Positions 1 to 9,920 of a stretch of DNA of 64,000 nucleotides are shown here, in pieces. The stretch comes from Patescibacteria group bacterium. Its GTDB lineage: Bacteria > Patescibacteriota > Microgenomatia > UBA10105 > UBA927. The notes beneath the pieces are model-generated. The model saw nothing but the letters and a program-made list of their open reading frames with translations. It did not search any database and was not told the origin of the DNA. Numbering within the stretch: position 1 is the first letter of the stretch; each line of letters opens with the position of its first letter. A program made the position numbers and the translations under genes. The stretch is from NCBI GenBank assembly GCA_018821245.1, contig JAHJMO010000009.1:199-64198 (forward strand). Reading direction: 5' to 3'.

Positions 1-1
1 A

Positions 2-1795
2 ATGAGAATAAGCGACGAAACCGGCACATTGGACGTAATTTGGTTTAACCAACTGTACTTACCCAAAATTATTCACCCCGGCGACACGATACATGTAGCA
101 GGTCAAATAAACTGGTTTGGACGAAAGCTTGTAATGTTGTCTCCGGAGTATGAAGTATTAAATCTACAAATAAAAGATTATCTTCATACGGGCAGACTCG
201 TACCGGTGTATCCGGAAACTTCCGGAATTACGTCGAAATGGCTGCGGGCTAGAATCGCTTATGCGTTAGGAAAGGCAGGCAATCAACTCGTGGAATATTT
301 ACCCCATGAGATCATAACCCGCGAACACTTGCCGGGAATACGCGAGTCTATCCGGCAAATTCATTTTCCCGACAATCGGGAACTGGCAGCGCGCGCCCGG
401 GAGCGACTGGCGCTCGAAGAATTATTACTCCTTATTTTACGAGCTCACGACCAAAAACGCAGTTGGCAACAGAGCCAAGTCGCGAAGAAACTGACCATCC
501 AAAACACCGAAACGGGCCGATTCGTTTCAAGCCTGCCCTTCACCCTCACCGATGATCAAAAGAACGCTACAAAAGAAATTTTGTCTGATATTACCAAAAA
601 TATTCCAATGAACCGTATTTTGGTGGGAGACGTCGGATCGGGCAAAACCGTTGTAGCCGCTATAGCTATCTACGCTACGTACAAAAATAACCTTAGATCC
701 GTCATTATGGCTCCGACACAGATACTCGCACTTCAACATTTTCGGACGCTGACATCATTGCTCGCGCCATTTGGAATAAAGACATTTCTTATAACCGGTG
801 GAAGCCCTAAAAAAATTGACCCTGCGGATGTATACGTTGGTACGCATGCGCTTTTGGCACATAAAGCGCAGTTTACGCGCGTCGGATTAGTCATCATCGA
901 TGAACAGCAACGTTTTGGTGTCGAGCAACGACGGCTGCTTGAATCCAAAAACAAATCCAAATATGTGCCTCATTTCCTGACAATGACAGCCACACCGATC
1001 CCGAGAACCATGGCAAAAACGCTTTACGGAAATCTGGATTTATCCGTACTTACCCAAATGCCACTAGGCAGAAAACTTGTCAAAACCTGGGTCGTGCCTC
1101 TCTATAAACGCGAATCGGCGTACCGCTGGATTGAAAAACAAATTTTAAGCGAAGAATCCGGAGCTTTCATAGTCTGCCCATTCATTGAGCAATCAGAAAG
1201 CCTGTCTACGGTTCGGGCGGCCAAGACAGAATTTAAACGCCTCCGGTCGGAAGTTTTTCCCAGCTTACAGTTAGGCCTACTCCATGGCAGGCTCAAAACA
1301 AACGAAAAACATCAAATCCTCGATCATTTTAGAAACAGAAAACTCGACATAGTAGTCACGACACCGGTTGTTGAGGTGGGCATCGATATTCCCAATGCCA
1401 CCATCATGCTTATTGAGGGAGCCGATCGTTTCGGACTTGCGCAACTGCACCAATTGCGGGGGAGAGTGGGTAGAGGGACTAAGCCCTCCTATTGTTTGCT
1501 TTTTACGGAAAGCACGATAGACAAAACCATCGAACGGCTGCGGACTCTCGAAACGGTTCATAACGGTCCGCAACTGGCAGAAATAGACCTGAAGCTGCGC
1601 GGTCCCGGAGAGATCTTCGGAACGAAACAACACGGAATTCCGCTTTTGCGGATCGCAAGTTTGGGTGACAGCAAACTCATAGCCAAAGCGCAATTAAACG
1701 CCCAATCATTAATCTCCCAAGACGCAGATCTTCACCAATTTCCCCTCTTGAGAGCCAAACTCAAAGAGAGTAAAATTGAATCTGTTCAAGATTAA
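2..1795 (+). CDS. recG: ATP-dependent DNA helicase RecG (5' part lies outside the window)
   Basis: GDVGSGKT Walker A, DEQQRFG, TATPIPRT and QLRGRVGRG helicase motifs; TRG-type LRGPGEIFGTKQHG. Confidence 0.96.
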   Translation: MRISDETGTLDVIWFNQLYLPKIIHPGDTIHVAGQINWFGRKLVMLSPEYEVLNLQIKDYLHTGRLVPVYPETSGITSKWLRARIAYALGKAGNQLVEYLPHEIITREHLPGIRESIRQIHFPDNRELAARARERLALEELLLLILRAHDQKRSWQQSQVAKKLTIQNTETGRFVSSLPFTLTDDQKNATKEILSDITKNIPMNRILVGDVGSGKTVVAAIAIYATYKNNLRSVIMAPTQILALQHFRTLTSLLAPFGIKTFLITGGSPKKIDPADVYVGTHALLAHKAQFTRVGLVIIDEQQRFGVEQRRLLESKNKSKYVPHFLTMTATPIPRTMAKTLYGNLDLSVLTQMPLGRKLVKTWVVPLYKRESAYRWIEKQILSEESGAFIVCPFIEQSESLSTVRAAKTEFKRLRSEVFPSLQLGLLHGRLKTNEKHQILDHFRNRKLDIVVTTPVVEVGIDIPNATIMLIEGADRFGLAQLHQLRGRVGRGTKPSYCLLFTESTIDKTIERLRTLETVHNGPQLAEIDLKLRGPGEIFGTKQHGIPLLRIASLGDSKLIAKAQLNAQSLISQDADLHQFPLLRAKLKESKIESVQD

Positions 1796-1830
1796 GAATC
1801 TGCGATTTGTTTATTTGTATATTAATTTAT

Positions 1831-2028
1831 ATGACTCCATTACCTAAACGCAGACACAGTACCCGCCGCGGCGGCAAACGAAAGGCCTCAATTCATGTTG
1901 CGAACGTCAAACGTACGCGCTGCTCAAACTGCAGTAGCTTGAAGTTTTCACATCGGGCGTGCGCAAACTGCGGGAAATATAACGGCAAAGTGGTACTTAC
2001 AATCAAAACCAACAAAGCAAAAAAATAG
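1831..2028 (+). CDS. rpmF: 50S ribosomal protein L32 (Zn-binding type)
   Basis: PLPKRRHS..R N-terminus, CxxC...HRACxxCGxY; ATG at 1831 chosen over TTG at 1807. Confidence 0.92.
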   Translation: MTPLPKRRHSTRRGGKRKASIHVANVKRTRCSNCSSLKFSHRACANCGKYNGKVVLTIKTNKAKK

Positions 2029-2040
2029 TGACACGCATTC

Positions 2041-2403
2041 ATGAAAACTTCTCAAGATCCGCGTCATCAGCGAAGAATTAAACTGATGGAACAGTTATTT
2101 ACTTTGGGTTTCGGTCAAAACTCGCGTTCAAAAGCGATTGGAGCCATACGCCCACATCTATCCGATATCGACAGACGCATTCAAGAAGCAGCACCGGAAT
2201 GGCCGATTGAAAAAATCGCCAAGATAGATTTAGCAGTTCTGCGGCTCGCGCTCTATGAGTTAACCGCAACGCGCAAAGAACCTCCCAAGGTAATCGTCGA
2301 TGAAGCGGTAGAACTGGCAAAAGAATTCGGGAACGACAATAGTCCAAAATTCATAAACGGAGTATTGGGTACAATACTCAAGAAGGAGGGTATACAATGC
2401 TGA
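2041..2403 (+). CDS. nusB: Transcription antitermination factor NusB
   Basis: DLAVLRLA, PPKVIVDEAVELAKEFG, FINGVLG. Confidence 0.93.
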   Translation: MKTSQDPRHQRRIKLMEQLFTLGFGQNSRSKAIGAIRPHLSDIDRRIQEAAPEWPIEKIAKIDLAVLRLALYELTATRKEPPKVIVDEAVELAKEFGNDNSPKFINGVLGTILKKEGIQC

Positions 2404-3086
2404 CATTCGAGGGCCTTCAAAAAACAATCGGAATACGGTTCCGCGATCAAAAGCTTTTGAAAGAAGCATTTATTCACCGTTCATACCTCAATGAGTCGAA
2501 ACAGACGAAAGAATCGAATGAACGGCTGGAGTTTTTGGGCGACTCCGTTTTATCATTTCTAACCTCACATTTCCTTTATGAAAAATACCCTAACTATCCG
2601 GAGGGAATACTTACGAATATTCGCTCAAGCCTCGTAAAAACAAAAAGCCTCAGCGATGCCGCCAAATCCATCGGCTTAGGAGACCTTCTCTATTTAAGCC
2701 GTGGCGAGGAAGATTCCGGTGGACGCAGTAATGCATCGCTTCTTGCTGATGTTTTTGAAGCATTGCTTGGAGCTATATACTTAGACCAAGGAACCAATAA
2801 AGCACAGCAATTTCTACAAACATGCCTGTTTCCTAAAGCCAAAGATATTGTCGACCAAAAAGCATACATAGACTACAAAAGCCATTTGCAGGAAATTGTC
2901 CAGGAAAAAGTTCGCATCTCTCCTCTCTACCGTGTCGTCAAAAGCGAGGGCCCGGATCATAACAAAATCTTTTGGGTAGAGGCTGTTGTAGACAATGAGG
3001 TCATTGGTAGGGGTTCCGGAAAATCCAAGCAAGAAGCGGAGCAAGCCGCCGCACTGGCGGCTCTTGAGAGGAAGTACAAATCATGA
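2397..3086 (+). CDS. rnc: Ribonuclease III
   Basis: NERLEFLGDSVL signature, ADVFEALLGAIYLD, C-terminal dsRBD (GPDH...GKSKQEAEQ). Confidence 0.97.
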   Translation: MLTFEGLQKTIGIRFRDQKLLKEAFIHRSYLNESKQTKESNERLEFLGDSVLSFLTSHFLYEKYPNYPEGILTNIRSSLVKTKSLSDAAKSIGLGDLLYLSRGEEDSGGRSNASLLADVFEALLGAIYLDQGTNKAQQFLQTCLFPKAKDIVDQKAYIDYKSHLQEIVQEKVRISPLYRVVKSEGPDHNKIFWVEAVVDNEVIGRGSGKSKQEAEQAAALAALERKYKS

Positions 3087-3099
3087 TATCATACGCATC

Positions 3100-3333
3100 A
3101 TGGTAAAAATTCGTCTTTCACAAACCGGCAAAAAAAATCGCATAATGTACAGGATTATCGCTATCGATGAACGGAAAAAGCGCGACGGGCAGGCTATAGA
3201 AATACTAGGACACTACGATCCTCACATGAACCCTCCGAAGCTTATTATAAAAAAAGACAGAATAGAGGAGTGGGTACGTAAGGGAGCACAGCTTACCGAC
3301 GGCGTTAAAAAATTATACGACAGAGCATCATGA
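3100..3333 (+). CDS. rpsP: 30S ribosomal protein S16
   Basis: MVKIRLSQTGKK..YRII...RDG..IEILGHYDP...GAQLT; ATG at 3100. Confidence 0.95.
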   Translation: MVKIRLSQTGKKNRIMYRIIAIDERKKRDGQAIEILGHYDPHMNPPKLIIKKDRIEEWVRKGAQLTDGVKKLYDRAS

Positions 3334-3560
3334 AGGAAACATTGCTGTTTATACTCCAGCGTATCCTTGATCATCCAAAAGACATTAGAATTGAGGAAAT
3401 ACAAGAGGAAGGTCGTACTATTCTCTCCGTTTCCGTTCATCCGGAAGATATGGGCAAAATTATCGGAAAAGGAGGCAGAATCATCCGCGCTGTGCGGGAC
3501 ATTGTCAAGCTTCTTGCTATAAAACACAAAACGTACGCCGATGTAGTTCTTTCGGAATAA
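3330..3560 (+). CDS. khpA: KH-domain RNA-binding protein KhpA/YlqC family
   Basis: DMGKIIGKGGRIIRAVR KH motif; usual position after rpsP. Confidence 0.88.
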   Translation: MKETLLFILQRILDHPKDIRIEEIQEEGRTILSVSVHPEDMGKIIGKGGRIIRAVRDIVKLLAIKHKTYADVVLSE

Positions 3561-3583
3561 CAAACGAAGCGCCGTCTTCTTCT

Positions 3584-4309
3584 ATGCATATTTCTATTTT
3601 GACGCTGTTCCCTGAAATGTTTACGGGTCCATTCCAGCAATCAATTATTAAAAGGTCGATTGCGAAAAAAAAGGTAAGCATTTCTTTCATAAATATACGG
3701 GATTTCGCGAAAGACGCGTATCATTCCGTCGATGATCGCCCTTTCGGCGGAGGTGTCGGGATGATTCTGCGTGTGGATATAATCGACCTCGCACTGCAAA
3801 AAGCTCTTCAGGCTGAACATGAGAGATCTAAAACCCGCGTTGTTCTTCTGGACCCGGGAGGCGTGCCATACGTACAAAAAAAGGCAAGAGAGCTTGCTGG
3901 CATGGAACACCTTATCTTGATTTGCGGACACTATGAGGGAGTTGATGACCGCATCCGCCAACTGGCGGATGAAGAAATTTCAATCGGAGACTACGTGCTT
4001 TCCGGCGGTGAAGTGCCGGCCATGGTTATCGCCGACAGCGTCATACGATTGCTCCCCGGAGTTTTAAACCAGAAGGTTGCTACCGAACGTGAATCCTTTG
4101 AAACGTCAACACTGGAGTATCCTCAATTTACGAGACCCAGGTGTTATAAAGGTATGAAGGTGCCATCCATTATCATCGGCGGAAATCACACAAAAATCGC
4201 TCAATGGCAGACAAGGGAGTCTACTATCAGGACCCAAAAAAGCCGGCCCGATCTTCTGAAACCCGAAAGTCACACGGTTATTAATAAGAAAAAGGGTCGT
4301 CCCTCATGA
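3584..4309 (+). CDS. trmD: tRNA (guanine37-N1)-methyltransferase
   Basis: VDDRPFGGGVGM, CGHYEGVDDR, SIGDYVLSGGE, LEYPQFTRP. Confidence 0.97.
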   Translation: MHISILTLFPEMFTGPFQQSIIKRSIAKKKVSISFINIRDFAKDAYHSVDDRPFGGGVGMILRVDIIDLALQKALQAEHERSKTRVVLLDPGGVPYVQKKARELAGMEHLILICGHYEGVDDRIRQLADEEISIGDYVLSGGEVPAMVIADSVIRLLPGVLNQKVATERESFETSTLEYPQFTRPRCYKGMKVPSIIIGGNHTKIAQWQTRESTIRTQKSRPDLLKPESHTVINKKKGRPS

Positions 4310-5039
4310 AAGGAAGAGGCTCGGAGTCCTGAGGCTGCAATCCGCTTTCACCGACAAGTTGCATCGAGGAAATGCTTGTCAGCAAATCTTGATCATCTTG
4401 AGTAAAAGCCTCAATACGGTCAGATGGTTTCCCTATAGATGTTGGAAGTGGAGTATAAAATGCATTCATGTCAGCACTCATCGTCAACACATCGCCTTCG
4501 CCCTTCGCCAAACTAAAGGCTTGAACTCTCACAAAACGCCGGACAGAATTGGCTGCCTCAAGGAAATCACGTATTTGCTGATACGTCCCGTTGATTGAAG
4601 CGGCAAACGGCATAATCGTGCTTGAAAGTTGTATTTCCTCTGTGTTCTTTGTAACCCCAGAGTTCGTCGCTATCTTCCCGACAGCAGAAACGGTTATATC
4701 GGCAAGCGTCACCCCTGACAAGTTGGCAACTCCTTCTATTGTGGAAAAAAGTGAAGCAACCGATTTATCTGACGGTATCGCCGAAAGGGTGAGTGCCACT
4801 TGACTTCGCAATGTATCTTCATCCGTGGAATTAAGAAGATCAATTTTGTTCCGTAACAGCATCACGGTTTCCGAAAGCTCCTTTGCATTGCTACGCATTG
4901 TACTCGCTTTTTTATATGCCGGCACAACGCCGACAACAACAGCTACCACGCACAACAAAAGGAGGCTTATTGATACGATTGTCGTACGATACGGACGCAA
5001 TATTCTACCAATCTGTACCAGGGTGACATTAATGGTCAT
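4281..5039 (-). CDS. PilO-like pilus alignment protein
   Basis: Single N-terminal TM, coiled coil, GTYQQIRDFL..RFVRV ferredoxin-like motif; third gene after pilM. Confidence 0.65.
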   Translation of the reverse strand: MTINVTLVQIGRILRPYRTTIVSISLLLLCVVAVVVGVVPAYKKASTMRSNAKELSETVMLLRNKIDLLNSTDEDTLRSQVALTLSAIPSDKSVASLFSTIEGVANLSGVTLADITVSAVGKIATNSGVTKNTEEIQLSSTIMPFAASINGTYQQIRDFLEAANSVRRFVRVQAFSLAKGEGDVLTMSADMNAFYTPLPTSIGKPSDRIEAFTQDDQDLLTSISSMQLVGESGLQPQDSEPLPFMRDDPFSY

Positions 5040-5577
5040 ATACTTGATAAAATGAAACGCTCATGTTTACACTCCCGTCTTCCTCAAGCGATAACGAATC
5101 TAAAAATGGCTGACGGATGTTTTTCTGGTCTACGCTGGCCATGATGTTTGCTACCATATCTATGGCATCTTCCAAACGTCCTGCGGTAAACCTGGCTGCT
5201 ACTTTGCCCCCTTCATCAAGGGAAAGGCTGGTAGGCAATGTAGACGATCCGATCGCGTCTATTGTATCCAAAACAACAGCACGCGACTTCATAGTGGCGT
5301 AAACTTTTCTTATACTATTAAGCCTCTGTAAAAACGACGTCAAAAGCCCTTCTTTCTGACCATTTTCTGCTATCTGTTGCAATAACAGAGTCTTCTGTTC
5401 GTCGAGAGACCGGTATTGACGAACCAAAATAAATAAATACCCACCCACGGATCCGCTCAACAAAAGTGTGATAATTAAACAAACGATACTTACTTTCCGA
5501 AGATTTGACTCCCACAATCCCCACGCGGGAGATAATGGTTTTGACTTTTGCAGTAAATTGATGCCCTTTTTTTGCAT
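5029..5577 (-). CDS. PilN-like pilus alignment protein
   Basis: N-terminal INLL motif (PilM-binding INLLP-like), TM, coiled coil; directly after pilM. Confidence 0.65.
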   Translation of the reverse strand: MQKKGINLLQKSKPLSPAWGLWESNLRKVSIVCLIITLLLSGSVGGYLFILVRQYRSLDEQKTLLLQQIAENGQKEGLLTSFLQRLNSIRKVYATMKSRAVVLDTIDAIGSSTLPTSLSLDEGGKVAARFTAGRLEDAIDMVANIMASVDQKNIRQPFLDSLSLEEDGSVNMSVSFYQVYDH

Positions 5578-5590
5578 ACCGTTTGCGCTT

Positions 5591-6613
5591 TTACTCCCGC
5601 AGTGCTAATCCTACAGCAACACCAAATACAGGGCCCTCTTTATCCAGCACCTGAAATCTGGACTCCCTCCTGATTCCTACCCAGGGATTAGCAAGCTGCG
5701 TTTCGATACCCATACTCTCTGCGACATACACAATCATACCAGGGAGCTTTGCCGAACCACCGGAAAGAATAATTGCTCCTACTCGTTCTTCTTTATATTT
5801 CTCCTGAAAAAATGCAATTGCCCTTTTCATCTCATTGATAATCGTGTCCATAATAGGCTTGACGGTTGCCACAATTTTGCCTTCTAGTTTATCGCTCTGC
5901 AATCCGTATGTTCTTTTATATTCTTCAGCCTGACCGGGGCTGAAATCAAATCCCTGAACTAAAGATCTTGAAATTGCCTCGCCTCCGGCGCTTATCGATC
6001 GCGTAAATACAAGAATCCCATTTCGCAAAATCGCAAGGTCTGTTGTTTTTGCACCTATAGAAGCTATCATCGTAGCTTTTATGTCTGATGTAGCCCGTGC
6101 CAGAGCCCGTGTAGATGCAATTATTTCCGTTTCCGCGGCAACCGGCGTTAACTCCGCAAGCTCCAGGAATGTCAAATATTTATCCAACAATACCTTAGGC
6201 GCCGCAACCAACAGTACGTCCATTTTATTTGTCCCTGTCTCACGGCTGTCCCGCAAAACGCTATAATCCAAATTTACCTGATCAAGCGGCAGAGGGATAT
6301 ACTGTTCGGCTTCCCATTGAATGGCGGACGATAGTTCGCGGTCTGACAGCTGCGGGACCTCTATTACCCTCGTAAATACCTGCGCTTCGGGAAGGGCAAT
6401 ATTAACCTGATCGGATTTTGCACCGGCATCTTTTATCAATTTCTGGATAGCCAAAGCTACCGCTTGTTGATCGGCCGGTAAATTTGAGGAAAGCTCTTTT
6501 GTTAACGCCGGTATACTTCCGGCAGCACGTAATATGGGGCCTTTACTATCTTGTTCTATCTCTATAAGCTTTATACTATGAGAGCCTATATCCAAACCGA
6601 GCAGGGATTTCAT
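5591..6613 (-). CDS. pilM: Type IV pilus assembly protein PilM
   Basis: LGLDIGSHSIK, WEAEQYIPLP, DVLLVAAPK, ILSGGSAKLPG, VAVGLALR (actin-like PilM). Confidence 0.93.
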   Translation of the reverse strand: MKSLLGLDIGSHSIKLIEIEQDSKGPILRAAGSIPALTKELSSNLPADQQAVALAIQKLIKDAGAKSDQVNIALPEAQVFTRVIEVPQLSDRELSSAIQWEAEQYIPLPLDQVNLDYSVLRDSRETGTNKMDVLLVAAPKVLLDKYLTFLELAELTPVAAETEIIASTRALARATSDIKATMIASIGAKTTDLAILRNGILVFTRSISAGGEAISRSLVQGFDFSPGQAEEYKRTYGLQSDKLEGKIVATVKPIMDTIINEMKRAIAFFQEKYKEERVGAIILSGGSAKLPGMIVYVAESMGIETQLANPWVGIRRESRFQVLDKEGPVFGVAVGLALRE

Positions 6614-6630
6614 ATAGTTATTTTATTATA

Positions 6631-7464
6631 TCAATGACCAAACATCGATTGACTATATACGACAGAATCAAGGATAGAAGCAGGGGTCCGATATTGTTGA
6701 TATACAATTACTTTTCTGCTGGTACCGGATTGGGTTGTGCCCGTTGATTCGATAACACTACCTTGATTTGGTAATATTGCGCTCCCGGGATCAACTGCGA
6801 CAGAAGCGTCGCTGTATTCCGGACGGATCCGTAAAGCCAAAAGGGTATCAACCGCGGGTGAAATACCCAAGCTGCCAAAAATAATCGCAGCCTCATAATA
6901 TCCGGGTTGTCCGCAGCCGCCGGTTGGCGCGCCAACGGACGTAAAATTGTTTGAAGCGACACGGGAGATGTCCGGATCATACGCAACACGAGCTACTTGA
7001 TACGATCCGCTTGGGCTTTGTTTATAATATATGTTTCCGACTATAGCCGGCGTCACCGATTCACTGCTCCAACAAATAGTCAGGGAAGATCCCGTGTACG
7101 TCGGAACTTCTTGGAGGGTACTGTCCGGATTATGGTTAACAAGCCAAAGAGTTTCTACGGATCCGGCAGGAGTCTCTTTCGGGAATTGATAAACAGAGGC
7201 CTCTCCTCCGATGGTATTTGTTGTTACGGTATATGAAACTCCGGAGGAAAGCGTATGCGGACCAGAACTCCCTGTATTTAATGCGTCTTCGATTCCTGCT
7301 TCTGCTGCATGAAATGCGCGAGCCGACTCCTCAAGAGTTGTGCTCATCGACACATCTGTTGTCGATCGCCCTATAAGAGAAAGCGCTACGGTTGAAGCAA
7401 TAGTCAACACAAGAAGCGTAATCAAAAGCACCTGCCCTTCCATGTTTTCCTTCAGATGCTTCAT
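6631..7464 (-). CDS. PilX-like minor pilin
   Basis: G/QVLLITLLVL prepilin-like N-terminus without Glu5; RAFHAAEAGIEDAL PilX_N motif; ATG at 7464. Confidence 0.75.
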   Translation of the reverse strand: MKHLKENMEGQVLLITLLVLTIASTVALSLIGRSTTDVSMSTTLEESARAFHAAEAGIEDALNTGSSGPHTLSSGVSYTVTTNTIGGEASVYQFPKETPAGSVETLWLVNHNPDSTLQEVPTYTGSSLTICWSSESVTPAIVGNIYYKQSPSGSYQVARVAYDPDISRVASNNFTSVGAPTGGCGQPGYYEAAIIFGSLGISPAVDTLLALRIRPEYSDASVAVDPGSAILPNQGSVIESTGTTQSGTSRKVIVYQQYRTPASILDSVVYSQSMFGH

Positions 7465-7504
7465 AGTTCCATTGTACGGTGAGCTGGTGTGTTTGACAAT
7501 AGCG

Positions 7505-8062
7505 TTAACGCTCTTCGTTACGGAGTATTGTCGTAGAGCTAAAAGATTCGCTTGCTTTCTCAAATTGATCGACCGGGGTGCCAAGCTGCGTCAGATTGAA
7601 CGAAATCTCAATCTTTTGCGGAAGACCTGGTACGCCCGTACATTTAAATTGAAGCGAGCTTGCAGCACAAATATCTCCTCCGAGCGTTACGGAATTGCCT
7701 GTCAGGTATGACGTCCCTGCGGCGCTTACAGAGGCAATGCGTGTCACCGATCCGTCTTGCACACACCCCATCGTGGTCAATCCGCCGTCAGTACCCATAA
7801 TGGTGATCTCGGTGCTTCCTGTCCCGTAAATCCCGCACGCAGAGGCAACCTTCCGTGCGTTTTGAATCGTACGGGTGAGCGTGTCGATTGCGAAATCTCC
7901 TGATTGTTTAACCTCTTTTGTGATCTCTGACTTCGTATTGGTACGAACGGTAGTAAACAACGATTGTGTTACGACAGACGCCAATACGGCAATAATGGCA
8001 ACGGATATTAGAATCTCAATCAGGGTAAAGGCGTTCTGCCGGAGTCGCTTATCTCCGCTCAT
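7505..8062 (-). CDS. Prepilin-type minor pilin (PilW/GspJ-like)
   Basis: RQNA/FTLIEILISVAII class III signal; ATG at 8062 overlaps the upstream stop. Confidence 0.8.
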   Translation of the reverse strand: MSGDKRLRQNAFTLIEILISVAIIAVLASVVTQSLFTTVRTNTKSEITKEVKQSGDFAIDTLTRTIQNARKVASACGIYGTGSTEITIMGTDGGLTTMGCVQDGSVTRIASVSAAGTSYLTGNSVTLGGDICAASSLQFKCTGVPGLPQKIEISFNLTQLGTPVDQFEKASESFSSTTILRNEER

Positions 8063-8541
8063 AATTTCCTCCAATCCGTTAAGTATGTTTCCAGAGTTGT
8101 ATATTGCGTGGTGCCCCGATCTTCCCACGAGACTGTCGACTGGATGTTCATATGACCGAGATCCGCGTCCCATGAAAGGTTTATGCTTCTTGTAAATTTA
8201 TCTCCGACATTCCCGGGGCAACTTCCGCCAAAAGCAACGCTCCAGGCTTTATCCTCCGCCAGGCACCATGTTCCGATTTTCCCCTGAAAATCTGACCAAC
8301 TGACGGAGTTGCGCAAATCACGTGTTGTTTCCATTCCTTCCTGCGCATACGATAGCGCGGTACTTTTATCTTTTGCGGACCCAATATTATGCATGGCGAC
8401 AGTTGACGCCACGATTAACGCGGTTACCAATAGTACGACCACGCTGATCGTGACAACAATCTCTACAATCATTTGACCTGAGGAGTGGATGGGCACTCGA
8501 ACTAATATATTGCGTTTAACGATTGCCGATCTTTTTTTCAT
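8059..8541 (-). CDS. Prepilin-type minor pilin (PilV-like)
   Basis: SG/QMIVEIVVTISVV with Glu5; ALSYAQEGME motif. Confidence 0.75.
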   Translation of the reverse strand: MKKRSAIVKRNILVRVPIHSSGQMIVEIVVTISVVVLLVTALIVASTVAMHNIGSAKDKSTALSYAQEGMETTRDLRNSVSWSDFQGKIGTWCLAEDKAWSVAFGGSCPGNVGDKFTRSINLSWDADLGHMNIQSTVSWEDRGTTQYTTLETYLTDWRKL

Positions 8542-8556
8542 AAATAATTTGGAAAC

Positions 8557-9015
8557 TTAAAATCCTACTTCAGTGATGTCGCCGTTTGACGCTACCCGGA
8601 TTTCATAATTCCCTGAAGCTCCGGTTAATAAAATCGTCTCTGTCGCATCACTCGTCAATGTGTGCGTAAGCGCCCGAAAGGTAAGGGGAGCGGGAACCGG
8701 ATTAAAGGTGACTGCGGACGGCAAAACATGCTGCAGGATATCGCCGATCAGCCCTTCACTGCACAAAGCCTGTATGGAATAGCTGTTTGCAGAAAAAGTT
8801 ACATTCATCCCTATATACCCGCTGCAACCGCTTGCGGGCTTTTGAACCGATATAGCTTTTATTTGCGCCAGCCGCAGGTCGTTTTTCAGTGTTAGTGCTT
8901 CCTGGCGTATGCGCTGTTTATCGCTGTAATTATTGTAATTGGCCACAATACTGCCCGCGAGAAGCAAAAGAAGCGCTGTGGCTATAACGAGCTCGATAAG
9001 TGTAAACCCTTTCAT
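8557..9015 (-). CDS. Prepilin-type minor pilin (FimT/GspH-like)
   Basis: MKG/FTLIELVIA; LKNDLRLAQIKA motif. Confidence 0.82.
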   Translation of the reverse strand: MKGFTLIELVIATALLLLLAGSIVANYNNYSDKQRIRQEALTLKNDLRLAQIKAISVQKPASGCSGYIGMNVTFSANSYSIQALCSEGLIGDILQHVLPSAVTFNPVPAPLTFRALTHTLTSDATETILLTGASGNYEIRVASNGDITEVGF

Positions 9016-9028
9016 GGGTAGTAGGATA

Positions 9029-9475
9029 TTACGGGCTCTTCAGACCGTAGTTGCAGTCTATAGGCAGCGTAGTGACGCTGCTGCATAGATTTGTACCGCC
9101 ACCTGTTTCCAGATTACCGCATATACAATATCCGTAATACGAGGTGCCGCTTTTTGCCGTTGGCTTATATTTATACGTTCCTGTTGACGGATCGCCGGGT
9201 ATCGCCGGCATATATGTTGCCACGAGAACCGTTGAAAGATCCGATGTTAAAGTCCAATTACCTAGTCCGGTATCAGGATAGTATCCGAAATCTGACCGGA
9301 ACATCTCAAGAGCCGACCGCACCTGTTCCAGATCGCTTTTGCGCTTAGCGTCTCTCGATCGCTTGTTTATAGACGAGTAAGCAACGATTCCGATGGTAAC
9401 CAAAACCGTGATAATCGTCACCACTACGAGAAGCTCAATGAGTGTAAAACCCTTTTTCCGTTTACTTTGCAACAT
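9029..9475 (-). CDS. Prepilin, GspG-like
   Basis: KKG/FTLIELLVV; RDAKRKSDLEQVRSALEMF..D.G.YP; P.DP. Confidence 0.85.
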   Translation of the reverse strand: MLQSKRKKGFTLIELLVVVTIITVLVTIGIVAYSSINKRSRDAKRKSDLEQVRSALEMFRSDFGYYPDTGLGNWTLTSDLSTVLVATYMPAIPGDPSTGTYKYKPTAKSGTSYYGYCICGNLETGGGTNLCSSVTTLPIDCNYGLKSP

Positions 9476-9495
9476 ACTGTTGTAAAACACATGAT

Positions 9496-9918
9496 TTACT
9501 GAAGACTCGCTACGCAAGTATCCTGATTTAATCCGGTAAACGCCCCGTCTCCCTCAAGATCTGCGCATACTTTGTAAGCCGATGTTGTCCAGGTAACCGA
9601 AATATAACTCCCTACAGATTTCGGATCCTTCGGCTCTCCGCCGGGAAGATACGTTGCGTCCAGTACAGCAATATTGGGATATGTTCCGCCGGGGTATGAA
9701 CCTGCGTTATTAGCATAATACTGCTCTATCGCGTTTTGAAGTGCGTGAAGGTCTGACCTTCTTCTGCTGTCCCTGCCCCTCTTTTGAGCAGAAGAAAACG
9801 AAGCTACGGCAAGGGCCACAAGTATACTCATGATGGCAATGACGATAAGAAGCTCCATGAGGGTAAAACCCATATGTAGATTTGATATCTTTGATCTTTT
9901 AGAATTTATGTTATTCAT
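9496..9918 (-). CDS. Prepilin, GspG-like
   Basis: MG/FTLMELLIV; RDSRRRSDL..LQNAIEQYY...YP; PKDP. Confidence 0.85.
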   Translation of the reverse strand: MNNINSKRSKISNLHMGFTLMELLIVIAIMSILVALAVASFSSAQKRGRDSRRRSDLHALQNAIEQYYANNAGSYPGGTYPNIAVLDATYLPGGEPKDPKSVGSYISVTWTTSAYKVCADLEGDGAFTGLNQDTCVASLQ

Positions 9919-9920
9919 GG

